Part shown: positions 45,142 to 55,534 of the stretch, piece after piece
How positions within the stretch are numbered: the stretch's first letter is position 1
How the letters are laid out: the number at the start of each line of letters is the position of its first letter
Source: Patescibacteria group bacterium
GTDB lineage: Bacteria > Patescibacteriota > UBA1384 > XYA2-FULL-43-10 > 1-14-0-10-43-13
Length of the DNA stretch: 64,000 nucleotides
Assembly: GCA_041671645.1 (NCBI GenBank)
Contig: JBAZBD010000001.1
Coordinates: 412,890 to 476,889 of the forward strand
Direction: 5' to 3'
The notes under the pieces: generated by a model
The model's input: only the letters and a program-made list of their open reading frames with translations
Databases searched by the model: none
What the model was told of the DNA's origin: nothing
Translations under genes and position numbers: made by a program

Positions 45142-46086
45142 TTAGAGCCGAGAATCATTGGATTCAATTGTCACAGCAACATAGTCTGACCCTGTTACTC
45201 TTTGATCGCCAGCAAACGGACCGTCATCAGGCACAATGTAACACCCACGTTCTTTTTGGGAACTAGATAAATCCCTAGCTTTTACGCAATATGACATAGA
45301 GAAAGCAAGCCCATTTATGTTTCCGCTTGAGATTACATTTCTTATCGATGATACTGATTTGGTCTTGTCTTCTGCCAACCATGTACCAATTCTTTTGACT
45401 GGTTCGTTTTGTCCAGTCCTTTGACATGGAGCACGTTCGGCCAGATGCTTTTTGACATGACCCCTGCCGATCAGAATAATCATCTTGGCAGGATCGGCCT
45501 CTTTTATGATTGAATACATAGTTTCATCTCGTCTATTTTGGTAGTCTGCATCATTTGTCTCTTGGTTCTCAGCATCTATGCAAACAACTTTAATGCCGAT
45601 TAATTTGGCAGCGATAATTAATTTGATATTATTGTCATCCCAGCTAAATGGCATGATTTTTTTTAATTGTCCAAAAATATTTTCATTTGTAAAATCCAAA
45701 GAATCCAACATTTCTTGTCGATGAAAATCTGCTTCAACTGCAAGATGCGTCACCCCTTGGTCTTTCAGCATTCCCAGGCTTTTTATGAGTGATAGCCTCA
45801 TTTCTTTACACTCACTTAGGTGGCTCTCTCCAATTAGCGTAAAATCATTTTGAGAGGCTATTTGTATTATCGCATCGCTAAAAGGCACAGAATTATTTTC
45901 AAAATACTCCAACGTTTCATTTAGCAGCTTTTTTTCTGCAATATTTGCGTCATCTTGCACAGCATCATCAGGCACCCCTAGATTGGAATCCGCCATTCTT
46001 GTTTTATCTGGGATGTCTGTCATGCCCATGTCTCCTTTTGTCATTTTGCCACATCCGCTCGAATCTTCATTCATCTTATCTCCCAA
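45142..46086 (-). CDS. Hypothetical protein, possibly of the Tiki/TraB/ChaN/erythromycin-esterase superfamily
   Basis: 314 aa; GESH (FTLIGESHLSE) and GRGH (ILIGRGHVKK) blocks in the order of the GxxH motifs of that superfamily; ~60-aa acidic low-complexity N-terminus. Confidence 0.35.
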   Translation of the reverse strand: MGDKMNEDSSGCGKMTKGDMGMTDIPDKTRMADSNLGVPDDAVQDDANIAEKKLLNETLEYFENNSVPFSDAIIQIASQNDFTLIGESHLSECKEMRLSLIKSLGMLKDQGVTHLAVEADFHRQEMLDSLDFTNENIFGQLKKIMPFSWDDNNIKLIIAAKLIGIKVVCIDAENQETNDADYQNRRDETMYSIIKEADPAKMIILIGRGHVKKHLAERAPCQRTGQNEPVKRIGTWLAEDKTKSVSSIRNVISSGNINGLAFSMSYCVKARDLSSSQKERGCYIVPDDGPFAGDQRVTGSDYVAVTIESNDSRL

Positions 46087-46284
46087 AATTAAACTTTATA
46101 CGATTCAATAAATGCATCAATACTTAATAAATACTACTTGATGGCAAAAACAAAGTCAAAACAGGATTGGAAATTATTTTTTAATTCGGGTTTGGGTTCT
46201 CGTTGAAGAGTTTGCACTTAGGCAATAAATGCATTCTTTCGTCGTAGTATTTCGTTCTAACGCTTCAGCCAGCCACTGCCAGAT

Positions 46285-46310
46285 AAACACCTCACATATG
46301 TGAGGTGTTT
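46285..46310. terminator. Perfect 26-bp palindrome AAACACCTCACATATGTGAGGTGTTT (bidirectional terminator-like)
   Basis: Same palindrome as at 22836; lies between two minus-strand genes; flanked by T-rich sequence. Confidence 0.5.
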
Positions 46311-46362
46311 ATTTGTTGTAAAGCCAAAGCCTAGATTAAGTCGTTATGCTTCTCCGACATCA

Positions 46363-47109
46363 CTATTTTGTTGCTTCAATCTTCAAGCTCTCCAGAGGTA
46401 TGCCGCTATATTGGCGTTTGCTGATACCCTTGTCTTCAGATAAAATCTTTACTTTAAAACCTGCAGATTCAACGATTTTAATATAATCATCTCTCAAGAG
46501 CGCTCCGCCAACGCAACCACCCAATAATTCTTCGTTGTTTTTGATCTCATCGGAGATATCTTCTAGGAGCACAATATCCGAGACAAACATTTTACCGCCT
46601 TCTTTTAGAACACGATGAGACTCAGCAAATACTTTTGATTTATCAGGAGCAAGATTAATGACGCAATTGCTAATAATTATATCAATTGAATTGTCTTCAA
46701 CAGGGAGATCTTCGATATCTCCGAGTCGAAATTCAACATTTTTATAGCTCAACTTTTGGGCATTTTGCTTGGCTTTTTCAATCATCTCTTCTGAAAAATC
46801 TACGCCGATGACTTTGCCTGAATCACCGACCTTTTTCGCAGCCAGAAAACAATCAAATCCTGCGCCAGAGCCCAAGTCCAATACAGTATTTCCTTCTTTG
46901 ATGTTGGCCAAAGCTGTCGGATTGCCGCAACCAAGTCCCAGGTTGGCATTGGGTGCGGAGCTTATCTCGTCCTCAGAATAACCGATGCTTTTGGCAATTT
47001 GATCATTGGTCGAGTCGTCACAGTTGCAACTACAGCCACAAGTCGAACCATTAACGGCGATCTTCCCATAAAAATTTTTTACAATACCTTTAACCTTATC
47101 CTTTTCCAT
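46363..47109 (-). CDS. arsM: Arsenite S-adenosylmethionine methyltransferase
   Basis: SAM motif I VLDLGSGAGFD; conserved Cys-containing blocks GCGNP and ISNCVINL (the ArsM As(III)-binding cysteines); N-terminal CGCSCNC; overlaps arsR. Confidence 0.75.
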   Translation of the reverse strand: MEKDKVKGIVKNFYGKIAVNGSTCGCSCNCDDSTNDQIAKSIGYSEDEISSAPNANLGLGCGNPTALANIKEGNTVLDLGSGAGFDCFLAAKKVGDSGKVIGVDFSEEMIEKAKQNAQKLSYKNVEFRLGDIEDLPVEDNSIDIIISNCVINLAPDKSKVFAESHRVLKEGGKMFVSDIVLLEDISDEIKNNEELLGGCVGGALLRDDYIKIVESAGFKVKILSEDKGISKRQYSGIPLESLKIEATK

Positions 47110-47422
47110 GAAATTCTCCTTTACTTAAGATTTTGTTTAGAAGTTCTCTATATTTATTTAATTCTTTCTCATTGATTGAATAATAGACGTTCAGGCCCTC
47201 TTTTCTGGAATTTAGCAAATCAAAATCTTTTAACACTTTCAAATGGTGAGATGTAAGATTCTGAGGCAATTCTAAAAATTCCCAAATTTTGCAAACGCAC
47301 TGCTCATCATATTTTTGAAGAAAGCAAATAATGGCAAGGCGATTGTCTTCTGAGATTATTTTTAAGAATTCAGCTAATAAAGGCGTAGAGCTCTTGTTAT
47401 TGCGACAGTGATTTTGTATCAT
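47096..47422 (-). CDS. arsR: ArsR/SmtB-family metalloregulator
   Basis: wHTH with the metal-binding CVC (EQCVCKI) and a SHHLKVL recognition helix; 108 aa. Confidence 0.8.
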   Translation of the reverse strand: MIQNHCRNNKSSTPLLAEFLKIISEDNRLAIICFLQKYDEQCVCKIWEFLELPQNLTSHHLKVLKDFDLLNSRKEGLNVYYSINEKELNKYRELLNKILSKGEFHGKG

Positions 47423-47431
47423 ATTTTTAGT

Positions 47432-47453
47432 ATATCAACAAACATTGATATAG
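47432..47453. promoter_or_regulatory. Candidate ArsR operator: 8-bp inverted repeat with a 6-bp spacer upstream of arsR
   Basis: TATATCAA-caaaca-TTGATATA, 10 nt upstream of the arsR start, in the divergent region shared with the ferredoxin gene. Confidence 0.4.
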
Positions 47454-47480
47454 TCTATATTAATAAAAGAGGATGCAAAA

Positions 47481-47663
47481 ATGCCAATCCGTGTAGATAA
47501 GAGCAAATGCCCGCAAAATCACCCCTGTCCAGCTATCAAAGTTTGTCCGGTTGAAGCCTTGAGTCAAAGAGATTTCAACGCACCGGAGGTTGATATGGAT
47601 AAGTGCCTGGAATGTGGCGCTTGCTCTAATTTTTGTCCAATGGGTGCCTTGCGGGTGGAGTAG
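47481..47663 (+). CDS. Small 4Fe-4S ferredoxin-like protein
   Basis: 60 aa; CPQNHPCPAIKVCP and CLECGACSNFCP cysteine clusters. Confidence 0.55.
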   Translation: MPIRVDKSKCPQNHPCPAIKVCPVEALSQRDFNAPEVDMDKCLECGACSNFCPMGALRVE

Positions 47664-47717
47664 CTAGAAATAATATTTTTATTAATATATTTATTAATTA
47701 ACGGTCTGTAACAATTT

Positions 47718-48623
47718 TTATCTTCCGTATTGTTGCTGGGCGGCTTGTTCGCGGGCGGCTTGCTCCATGGCCGCGGCTTCCGATCCTCCAGCGGCTTGAC
47801 CCTGGCTGTCGCCCTGAGTTTGATTGAGAGATTTGGCTTGATCTTGATACTGCTGGATCTGCTCTGGCGTCGGTTCGCTTGACCCAGCAGGGGCTTGACC
47901 AGCTTCGGCCGCGGCTTTCATTTCGTCAGCTTTGGCTTGTGCTTGGGCCTTGGCAGCTGCTTCCGCCTGAGCGGCTTGGGATTGACCAGCGGCTTGACCA
48001 GTAGCTTGCATTTCCTTGGCCTTAGCTTCTGCCTGGATTTTTGCTTCAGTCTCTACTTTTGCTTTGACTTCAGTTTCTACTTGAGAGCGCATTTTGCCTT
48101 CGATAATACTGGTAGAGTCAATTGTGTAATTCTGCAGAAGTTCGGGATTGTCTTCTAGAATTTTCTGTATGTTTTTCGAGCTGTTGGCCTGGGCATTCTT
48201 GATCGCCGCCTTGGCCGCTTCGGGCGCCTTGTTGAGGACCTGCTTCAATATCTCCTGTTGTCTGGTGTTGGCTTCAGCGATCCTTTTGTCGACTTCAGCT
48301 TTGTTCTTGACCTCGGCCGAAACAATCTCGATTTTCTCAAAATTTTTCTGATAGCTTTCGCTGATGCTCTCTAGCTTTTTCTGATCAATCTTGTCACTAT
48401 AATTCTCGATCTCGGCAGTTCTACGGTCTGACAATTCGAGCAGATAATCAGTCTTCTTCTCTTTGTTGAAAATTAGCGCTGCCTTGGTACTCTCGCCCCA
48501 AGTTTGCAAGAAGTACATACTGGAATCTGGCTTGATAAAGCCTAAATTCTCAGATGCGGCGAGCGCGAAATTGGGCGCGGTAAGCAAGAGCGCCAAGGAT
48601 AACGTAAATAATATTCGTTTCAT
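47718..48623 (-). CDS. Secreted coiled-coil protein with an Ala/Gln/Glu-rich low-complexity C-terminus
   Basis: Signal peptide MKRILFTLSLALLLTAPNFALA; the C-terminal third is AQAEAKAKE-type repeats (GC-rich coding). Confidence 0.45.
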   Translation of the reverse strand: MKRILFTLSLALLLTAPNFALAASENLGFIKPDSSMYFLQTWGESTKAALIFNKEKKTDYLLELSDRRTAEIENYSDKIDQKKLESISESYQKNFEKIEIVSAEVKNKAEVDKRIAEANTRQQEILKQVLNKAPEAAKAAIKNAQANSSKNIQKILEDNPELLQNYTIDSTSIIEGKMRSQVETEVKAKVETEAKIQAEAKAKEMQATGQAAGQSQAAQAEAAAKAQAQAKADEMKAAAEAGQAPAGSSEPTPEQIQQYQDQAKSLNQTQGDSQGQAAGGSEAAAMEQAAREQAAQQQYGR

Positions 48624-48637
48624 ATTTCTCCCTGTAG

Positions 48638-49930
48638 TTATTTGTTAAACCAAGATTTGATAATTTCCTCAGCCGGTTTGTTGCGAAAAGTGCAGGCGAC
48701 TGAGAGCTTCGGCTTGACTTCAGGATCTAGGCTGTCGTCCCATGGATAGTTGGCGACGTCGATTCTCTCAATATTGCTCAGCCCGGCCAGGGAAGCGAAG
48801 AAAGCTTCGAACGCGCCATTTTGATATTGGTAGTCTGCACTTACATTTATAACACCTTCGCTTCGAGAGTCAAGGACTTCGAGCGCGCCTTTGTTTAACG
48901 AATTTGTATAGCTCGACGGGGCAAAGAAAATTGTGAGTTTAACTTTTTTCTCTCCTGCCTTGGAATTTAGATCTTGCAAGTAGCGATAAATACCAGTTTT
49001 CGCGTCTAGGCCGCGGTATTTTTCTGGGAGATCGTAGACTCTAATTTCGATAACATCGGCATTTGTGAAAAAATCATACTTTGTCCAATCTTCCTTGCCG
49101 TTGATGTTTTCCATAAATCCATAACGATTGACCTCTGCATAAATCTGGCCCCTGAAAACCTCTCGCACATTCCTGATTAATTCATTCTGCAGGGAATTAG
49201 CCAGCGCTTCATGGCCGGCAAAAATCGGCTCCATCCAGGTGGGGGAGATGCTCATTGTGTCGATCCCAGCGGACTGATAAAGACTACCGCGCTCGATAAG
49301 TCTGGTTTGCCATTTGGCAAAATAATCCTTGATCCACTCTTCGCTGTGGCTAGTATTGAATTTTTCATAGTCGGAGACGACGCCAGTTTGAATATCGCCA
49401 GAGAGGCCAGCCTTGATATATTTCCGCATGTCGACAAATGAAATATTGTGTTTGATGCCGATCTTGAGCCCGCGAGAGTGAGCCCCGTCTGCGAGTTTCT
49501 TCAAATCCTTGGTGCTGATTTCTTCATCACGGAAATCGTTCCAAAATGTGTCCCCGACAATTTCGTAATCCGTTGTGGTGAAGTCACTTCCTTTGCCAAA
49601 CTTCGCTAGATGAAAATCATTTACATAGACTTCCTTGGCGCCCAACTCTGCGACTCGATCGAAGGAGGAGCTAATATTTTTCTGCGTAGTTTCAAACATG
49701 CCCATATTGTAATTTCGGCCCCAGGTATCGCTCATGCTGACAGCTTTTGTTTGGCTTAATTTGACGGCGTTTGTCGAAACAGAGTAACTATTGCGAGCTG
49801 GCGAAGCGCTGCACCATGGGGGAGTTGGCCAAGGGCCCTTGGGCGGGCAGGTGTCTGTGGCGAACATCAGAGCGGAAATTATTATCATTGCGCCGATCGC
49901 AATCGATACGATTTTGAGTACTTTTTTCAT
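48638..49930 (-). CDS. Secreted/membrane-anchored hypothetical protein (possible TIM-barrel hydrolase)
   Basis: 430 aa; N-terminal TM/signal; no diagnostic motif. Confidence 0.4.
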   Translation of the reverse strand: MKKVLKIVSIAIGAMIIISALMFATDTCPPKGPWPTPPWCSASPARNSYSVSTNAVKLSQTKAVSMSDTWGRNYNMGMFETTQKNISSSFDRVAELGAKEVYVNDFHLAKFGKGSDFTTTDYEIVGDTFWNDFRDEEISTKDLKKLADGAHSRGLKIGIKHNISFVDMRKYIKAGLSGDIQTGVVSDYEKFNTSHSEEWIKDYFAKWQTRLIERGSLYQSAGIDTMSISPTWMEPIFAGHEALANSLQNELIRNVREVFRGQIYAEVNRYGFMENINGKEDWTKYDFFTNADVIEIRVYDLPEKYRGLDAKTGIYRYLQDLNSKAGEKKVKLTIFFAPSSYTNSLNKGALEVLDSRSEGVINVSADYQYQNGAFEAFFASLAGLSNIERIDVANYPWDDSLDPEVKPKLSVACTFRNKPAEEIIKSWFNK

Positions 49931-50055
49931 TTTGCCTTGCTCTTTAGCTATTATTTATTTGATTATATCTCCTATCTGCAAAATTCTTCAAGAAATTGTT
50001 GATTGGGGAAACTATTAGCTGATATAATCAGGCAAACAATAATCAAGGAGAAGAG

Positions 50056-50493
50056 ATGACGATCAACGGCGAACCGACGGGGGACGCACAAATGGATGCG
50101 ACGGATTTGATAGACGATGTGTCGGCAGGAGAGGAAACGCCAGCGGCGCCAGGAACGGTTCAGTATCTCGCAAAAGGCATTGGCGGTGGAATTGATCCGC
50201 GCGGATTGACGGCTGCAGAAGAAGCAAATAACTTAGCAGAAAATAACCTCAATAATTTGCTTGGGGAAATTGATGGATTGGTTGACGGCTGTAAGGACAA
50301 AGACATTGCGACAGAAATTTACCGCTTAGCCGAAAGACTCGAAATCGCTCCAGGCGATGAAGTGAGGGCATATATCGGGAGAGAGAAAGACGCAATCGAT
50401 ACGCTCTTGTCGGCGTCGTTATTTGCCAACAACGATGGCGATGAGAACGCCGAAGCACTCAAGGCTGCGCTTGAGGGATTGCTCAAACTATAA
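50056..50493 (+). CDS. Hypothetical acidic protein
   Basis: 145-aa ORF in a GC-richer patch; no motif. Confidence 0.3.
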   Translation: MTINGEPTGDAQMDATDLIDDVSAGEETPAAPGTVQYLAKGIGGGIDPRGLTAAEEANNLAENNLNNLLGEIDGLVDGCKDKDIATEIYRLAERLEIAPGDEVRAYIGREKDAIDTLLSASLFANNDGDENAEALKAALEGLLKL

Positions 50494-50571
50494 TTGTAAA
50501 CAATTAATTATTCTTGCGTACTAAAAATACTCGCCCAAGGACGAGTATTTTTTATAGATGATATTTCAAAT

Positions 50572-51348
50572 TTAATCGCCTAGGTCGGCTCGGTCGATGA
50601 TGAGGGAGTCGGCACTTGTCGAGTCTGTAATGGCGTCGGGATTTGTAAAATAATTGATGATGCCGTCGCTGATCGCTTTGGCCTCGCTGATAAGTCTGGA
50701 ATTATCTTTGGCCAGGGATTTTGATTCGGTCGTATTGGTGATGAAGAAGGCTTCGGCCATCACGGCTGGCATCTCGGCGACCCAGAGCTCGCTGTTGTTG
50801 AATTTCGAAATACCCTGATCCTTGATTTGCAGAGTAGAAGCGATAGAGCTTTGGACGCTACTGGCGAGCTTCTTGTCTATCTCTTTGTAATATAGTGTGG
50901 TGGCGTAGTCGACCGAACGGTCGGTTTTGTACGAGTTGTGGTGGATGGCGACCAGAATGTCGGCCTTGACTGAATTACAATACGCGGCCCGATCTCTTTT
51001 GTAGATAAATTCGTCGTCGGTGCGGGTGAAATAGACTTTGTAGCCTGCGGCAACCAAGTTTGTCGCCACTTCCTGCGCTACTATCAGATTGATCTTGCTC
51101 TCGATAATCGAATTGTAACTGGCGCCGATGTCATTGCCGCCATGGCCTGGGTCGAGGCAGACTGACTCAGTCTTGGTTGGGACGGCTTCGATCAATTCCT
51201 TGACCGTTGATTTGTGCTCTTCTTTTGGTTCGGACAGTTTTGACCTCGTATATTTGCTCCAAATTGTTGGTACCACAAATCCGGCTAGAAGTAGCAAGAC
51301 AACGGCTAGCAGGATTCGATTTTTTCGTCTTTTTTCGCTTTGGTCCAT
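50572..51348 (-). CDS. N-acetylmuramoyl-L-alanine amidase (Amidase_3)
   Basis: N-terminal TM; VCLDPGHGGND, ILVAIHHNS, EAFFITN blocks (Zn ligands His/Glu/His). Confidence 0.8.
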   Translation of the reverse strand: MDQSEKRRKNRILLAVVLLLLAGFVVPTIWSKYTRSKLSEPKEEHKSTVKELIEAVPTKTESVCLDPGHGGNDIGASYNSIIESKINLIVAQEVATNLVAAGYKVYFTRTDDEFIYKRDRAAYCNSVKADILVAIHHNSYKTDRSVDYATTLYYKEIDKKLASSVQSSIASTLQIKDQGISKFNNSELWVAEMPAVMAEAFFITNTTESKSLAKDNSRLISEAKAISDGIINYFTNPDAITDSTSADSLIIDRADLGD

Positions 51349-51475
51349 AGCAATTTCTCTCTTAGTAATTGATCTTACCGAAATAGCTTACATAAGTAAA
51401 ATGAGAAATAGCTTAAGCTTTTTCTCAGCTTTTGGGGTTTAAATTAGAATAGGGAATATTAATTTTGGAGGAGAT

Positions 51476-51850
51476 ATGTCAAATAAAAAGTATTCATACA
51501 ATGCATTAATTACGATTTTGCTGATTACCATCACTATCACTTTGGCCAACGCCGCTCCTGTTAATGCGGGCGAAAGTGGTGGCGGCAGGATCATTCTGAC
51601 AGAAATGACGAGATCTGCAGAAAATTATTCCAAGGCAACGAAGAAACAGTACAAGGATGATCTCAAGTCGGCCAATGCTGGTTATCGCTCCTCTGTCAGG
51701 GCGGCAAACTCAACTTATAATTCAATTTTGAAATCGACTACGGACAAAAATGTTCGCAAGCAAGCCAAAGCGGCTCGCGAAAAGGCGATTGATGACGCGC
51801 AAAGTAAATTTGATCAGGCCAAGAAAGATGCACTGGCGAAGACTATATAA
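51476..51850 (+). CDS. Small secreted protein
   Basis: Signal peptide ending ANA-APV; Lys/Ala-rich helical remainder. Confidence 0.4.
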   Translation: MSNKKYSYNALITILLITITITLANAAPVNAGESGGGRIILTEMTRSAENYSKATKKQYKDDLKSANAGYRSSVRAANSTYNSILKSTTDKNVRKQAKAAREKAIDDAQSKFDQAKKDALAKTI

Positions 51851-51927
51851 ACATAGGATTGAATTAAGCAAAAATACCACCTTCTCCCCCTGGGGTGGTA
51901 TTTTTTCTTATAGATGAGTCGTAGAGG

Positions 51928-54090
51928 TTATTCTTCTTCTTGTTTCAGCGACTTGGCCAACAAACTTAGCATTTTTCTAATTTTTATTTTGAGAATGGGG
52001 AAGCGCCTGAGCAAGAGAAATATAATCGTAGTTGCGAGTATCAGACTTGCTGAGACGATGGAAATTATTAAATTCCAGTTGGGTCGGCTCGGTGCGCTTG
52101 AGGTCTCTAGTATGACATCCACCGGTGCGGGTGCAACTTGGGGCGCTTCAACAACAACCGGGACAGCGGTGAAGGTTACCTTGATTGCGCCAAGCTCTAG
52201 GCCTCCAATTTTGATTTTGACAGTTTTCTCTTCAGCCGTGGTCGAATTGAATGTTGCTTTGTAATTATCACCGTCAGCAGTGATCGCGCCGAAAACATTG
52301 TTTGATCCTGTCGATTCGATCGCTAGTTTATCGCTCTTCACGACTTGATTTAGAGAATTTTTGAGGGAAATCGTGAAGGTGATATTGTCCTTGCCGTCAG
52401 CAACGGCGCTTGTCTTGTCTGGCTCAATCCTCGAATTTTCTTTGGTTGCCGGCCTGGTCGTTGTAGAGCTAGTTGTCGTGGGGCTTGATTGATCGGTCGT
52501 ACTTGCTGGCTCAGCGGCAGCTGTGACAGACCCAGAAGAGGATGGAGTATACGATGAACATTCTCCGACGGAAGTAATCTGGGGAGACTCTGTAAAATTA
52601 AGATTTTGGCCGCAGACAGATGTCTCTCTACTGCCACTGACTTTCCAATAGGCCAATCGAGATCCGAATTTGTAAGCATACAAATCAGCTGAGCCATTTA
52701 TCGCGACTAATTCGTCCAGGTAGAGGTTCCCGCTAGAAGTATTGCCTTGGCTGTCGTAAACTACGCTCTCGAATCTGATCGGATAATCGATCGAGCCATT
52801 GCCGCCCCATGAGGTTTTGGCAACGTCTAGCCCGAAATCAAATTTTAGAAAGTTCCATGAGCTTGTTACTTTGCCCATGTCAAATTGAAAAGTTTCATTG
52901 TCGGCATCTTTGACCCGTAATTTCAAAATACTTCCGCTGGTGGTTCCCTTTGCCCAGATGCCCAATCCGACTGGGCTTCCATCAAGCGCGGTTTCCTTTT
53001 CGGCAACAGTGTAGCCTTCGCCAGAGTAGAAATTATAGCTGTATTTCATAGCACCAGAGTACAAGCCATCTGCGCCTGACAGAGACAGGGAGGCGTTGCT
53101 GGATTGGTCGATCTTCCAGCCGTTGACGCCATCAAAATTATCAATATTTTTTTTGTCTAATATGTATATTTTCTCTGCTTGGCCAGCGTCAGAAAGAGGT
53201 CTCACGACACTATTGTATCTGTCGTAAACTGTCTTGTGACTTAGGTCTGCATTGACCATACCCCATTCGTCGCCGTCACGAAAACGGTACATTATGACTT
53301 TCTCAACTTCAGCAACTGACATGGCCATAATGTATGCGCGAGCGATATAGTTGGCCTGGTTCTCCGCTCCCGCAGTGCCAGTTTTGATACCAAACTCCGT
53401 GATCCAAATCTTTTTGCCACCGCCTTTGGCCCTGATTACATTTGCTGCAATATTAATAGAATTGGTGAAGTCGCCGATATTGAATTCGACTATTTCGGGT
53501 GCGGAATTACGATAAGGATGAAGGCCTAGAGCATCAAATTTGTCCCAAGCACCGGCATTGTATATTCCATTCCAAAAACTTGTTGCTTCGAGACGGGCGG
53601 TCAGGCCGGCCACTATCACCTTGGCGGAAGTGACGGCTTTGATCTTGTCGTAAGCTCGAGACAAATACGGTGCGTAGTCGTTGGCAGATACGAAATTGTC
53701 TGCTTCGTTGAATATTTCGTAGGCGCTTGCTTTGCCGTTGTAACGATTGGCGACAGTCTCGACGAAATTTCCCCAATCATCGACCGAAGGGAGCTCAGTG
53801 CCAGCAGTCAGGAGAATCAAGTTTTCAATCCCCCTGTCGCTGGCTAGGTTGATGCCAGTATCGTAAGGCGTCCAGTCGGGACTTGCGCTGTAGGCAATTT
53901 CAGTCCTAGTAACATTTGCGCCTACACTATTCAAAGAGTCTGCAATCGAACTTTTGATACTGTCTGGCTCACTACTAATATAAGCACCGACGCCAAAGGC
54001 ACCGGCAAAGGCAGTCACGGGGGAGAGCGAGACCGCGAGGAGATTTAGTACGATTATAACTTTTGTGGCGACACCAACGTTGTTCCTCAT
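51928..54090 (-). CDS. Extracellular multidomain glycoside hydrolase (clan GH-A catalytic domain + beta-sandwich/Ig-like domains) with a C-terminal TM anchor
   Basis: Signal peptide; EIFNEAD (acid/base) and KIWITEFG (nucleophile) blocks; downstream beta-sandwich regions and Big-like segment; a Pro/Ala-rich linker and a hydrophobic helix (LIISIVSASLILATTIIFLLL) at the C-terminus. Confidence 0.55.
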   Translation of the reverse strand: MRNNVGVATKVIIVLNLLAVSLSPVTAFAGAFGVGAYISSEPDSIKSSIADSLNSVGANVTRTEIAYSASPDWTPYDTGINLASDRGIENLILLTAGTELPSVDDWGNFVETVANRYNGKASAYEIFNEADNFVSANDYAPYLSRAYDKIKAVTSAKVIVAGLTARLEATSFWNGIYNAGAWDKFDALGLHPYRNSAPEIVEFNIGDFTNSINIAANVIRAKGGGKKIWITEFGIKTGTAGAENQANYIARAYIMAMSVAEVEKVIMYRFRDGDEWGMVNADLSHKTVYDRYNSVVRPLSDAGQAEKIYILDKKNIDNFDGVNGWKIDQSSNASLSLSGADGLYSGAMKYSYNFYSGEGYTVAEKETALDGSPVGLGIWAKGTTSGSILKLRVKDADNETFQFDMGKVTSSWNFLKFDFGLDVAKTSWGGNGSIDYPIRFESVVYDSQGNTSSGNLYLDELVAINGSADLYAYKFGSRLAYWKVSGSRETSVCGQNLNFTESPQITSVGECSSYTPSSSGSVTAAAEPASTTDQSSPTTTSSTTTRPATKENSRIEPDKTSAVADGKDNITFTISLKNSLNQVVKSDKLAIESTGSNNVFGAITADGDNYKATFNSTTAEEKTVKIKIGGLELGAIKVTFTAVPVVVEAPQVAPAPVDVILETSSAPSRPNWNLIISIVSASLILATTIIFLLLRRFPILKIKIRKMLSLLAKSLKQEEE

Positions 54091-54238
54091 ATCCTCATTA
54101 TATCAAATACGTGCAAGTAATTTTCCGTTTCAATGATTGTTTATAGAAATCAATCGTAATTGGGGATAAGTGTTCGTTGTTTGTTCGGTTTTGTATTATC
54201 ATAGTGGTATGAGTATTTCCTCCAGCCCAAAAGATTAT

Positions 54239-55441
54239 ATGGTACTGTTTCTCGACATGAATTCGTTTTTTGCTTCGGTCGAGCAACAGGTCCAGCCGAC
54301 TTTGCGGGGGCGACCGATCGGTGTTTCGCCTTATACAGGCGAATCTGGCTGTATTATCGCCGCTTCGTACGAAGCAAAGCAGAGGGGCGTCCGGATTTGC
54401 CGCAATGGGGAAGCCAAAAAACTTTGCCCGGAGATCAAGATTGTGGAGGCGCGGCCGGCACTATATATGCTTTATCACAAAGAAATCAGGCGCGTGATAG
54501 AAAAGTTCACACCCTTCTACGACGTCTTGAGTATTGACGAATTTGCGATCTACCTGACCCCGTTGGATCAAAACAGAGAGAAGGCGATTGCGATGGCGAT
54601 CGGGTTGAAGAAGGCGATACAGGAGGAAGTAGGGGATTATCTGCGCTGTTCGGTCGGAATAAGCTCATCTATCTTTTTGGCCAAAATGGCAGGGGAGAGA
54701 CAGAAGCCAGACGGGCTGACGACTCTCGAATTAAAAAATTTGAGGCAGTTTTATGCCGGATTAAGGTTGACTGATCTGACTGGTATAAACTGGCGTTTAG
54801 AAATACAACTCAAAAATTTCGGTATCAATTCCCCACTAGACCTTTTCGATAAGCCGGTCGGAGAATTGGCTCGAATGCTCAATCACTGGGGAAAACTCTG
54901 GTATTTTCGTCTTCGCGGTCACGAAGTTGATGATTATGCTGTAAAGAATAAAACTATTGGTCATTCCTGTGTTCTGGCACCAGAATTTCGGTCGAAACTA
55001 GGGGCGATGAACGTAATTCGCAAGTTGGTTTCCAAGGCGGGATTTCGTTTGCGTCGTCAGGGCTATCAGGCGGCTGGAGTTTCGGTCACAATTAATTTCA
55101 TGGACAGGAGCACTTTTCATATTAGCCACAAATGCGATTATTTTTCTGACAATTGGAGTTTTTTGGATCAAATCTACAGATTATTGGGCAAATGTCCCTG
55201 GCAGAGCCGGCCGATCTTGGTTGCCATTTCCTCTTTCAATCTACGGCGTGGTGAAAAGTTCGATCAGCTCTCCTTTCTTCGAGACATCGAGAAAGCAAAG
55301 AAGCTATCCGACACGATTGACGGCTTGTCTGAGCGCTACGGAGCTGATAGCATCTGCCAGGCTTCCTCCTTTGGCGCAGGGGAGAGCGCACCAGACCGAA
55401 TCCCCTTTGGTCGGCCCCGTTATGATATTAGAAATTATTGA
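54239..55441 (+). CDS. Y-family DNA polymerase (DinB/UmuC-like)
   Basis: LFLDMNSFFASVEQ (catalytic Asp), SYEAKQRGV and SIDEFAIYL (palm D-E) blocks. Start set at MVLFLDMN; the track ORF starts at 54170. Confidence 0.8.
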   Translation: MVLFLDMNSFFASVEQQVQPTLRGRPIGVSPYTGESGCIIAASYEAKQRGVRICRNGEAKKLCPEIKIVEARPALYMLYHKEIRRVIEKFTPFYDVLSIDEFAIYLTPLDQNREKAIAMAIGLKKAIQEEVGDYLRCSVGISSSIFLAKMAGERQKPDGLTTLELKNLRQFYAGLRLTDLTGINWRLEIQLKNFGINSPLDLFDKPVGELARMLNHWGKLWYFRLRGHEVDDYAVKNKTIGHSCVLAPEFRSKLGAMNVIRKLVSKAGFRLRRQGYQAAGVSVTINFMDRSTFHISHKCDYFSDNWSFLDQIYRLLGKCPWQSRPILVAISSFNLRRGEKFDQLSFLRDIEKAKKLSDTIDGLSERYGADSICQASSFGAGESAPDRIPFGRPRYDIRNY

Positions 55442-55534
55442 TGTTTTCCCACAGTTGCACTAAAATTTGGGGTAGTTTATAATGTAAATAAGGCACTTTT
55501 TGTCATTATTCTTGTATATAGGCGGAGGGAAATT

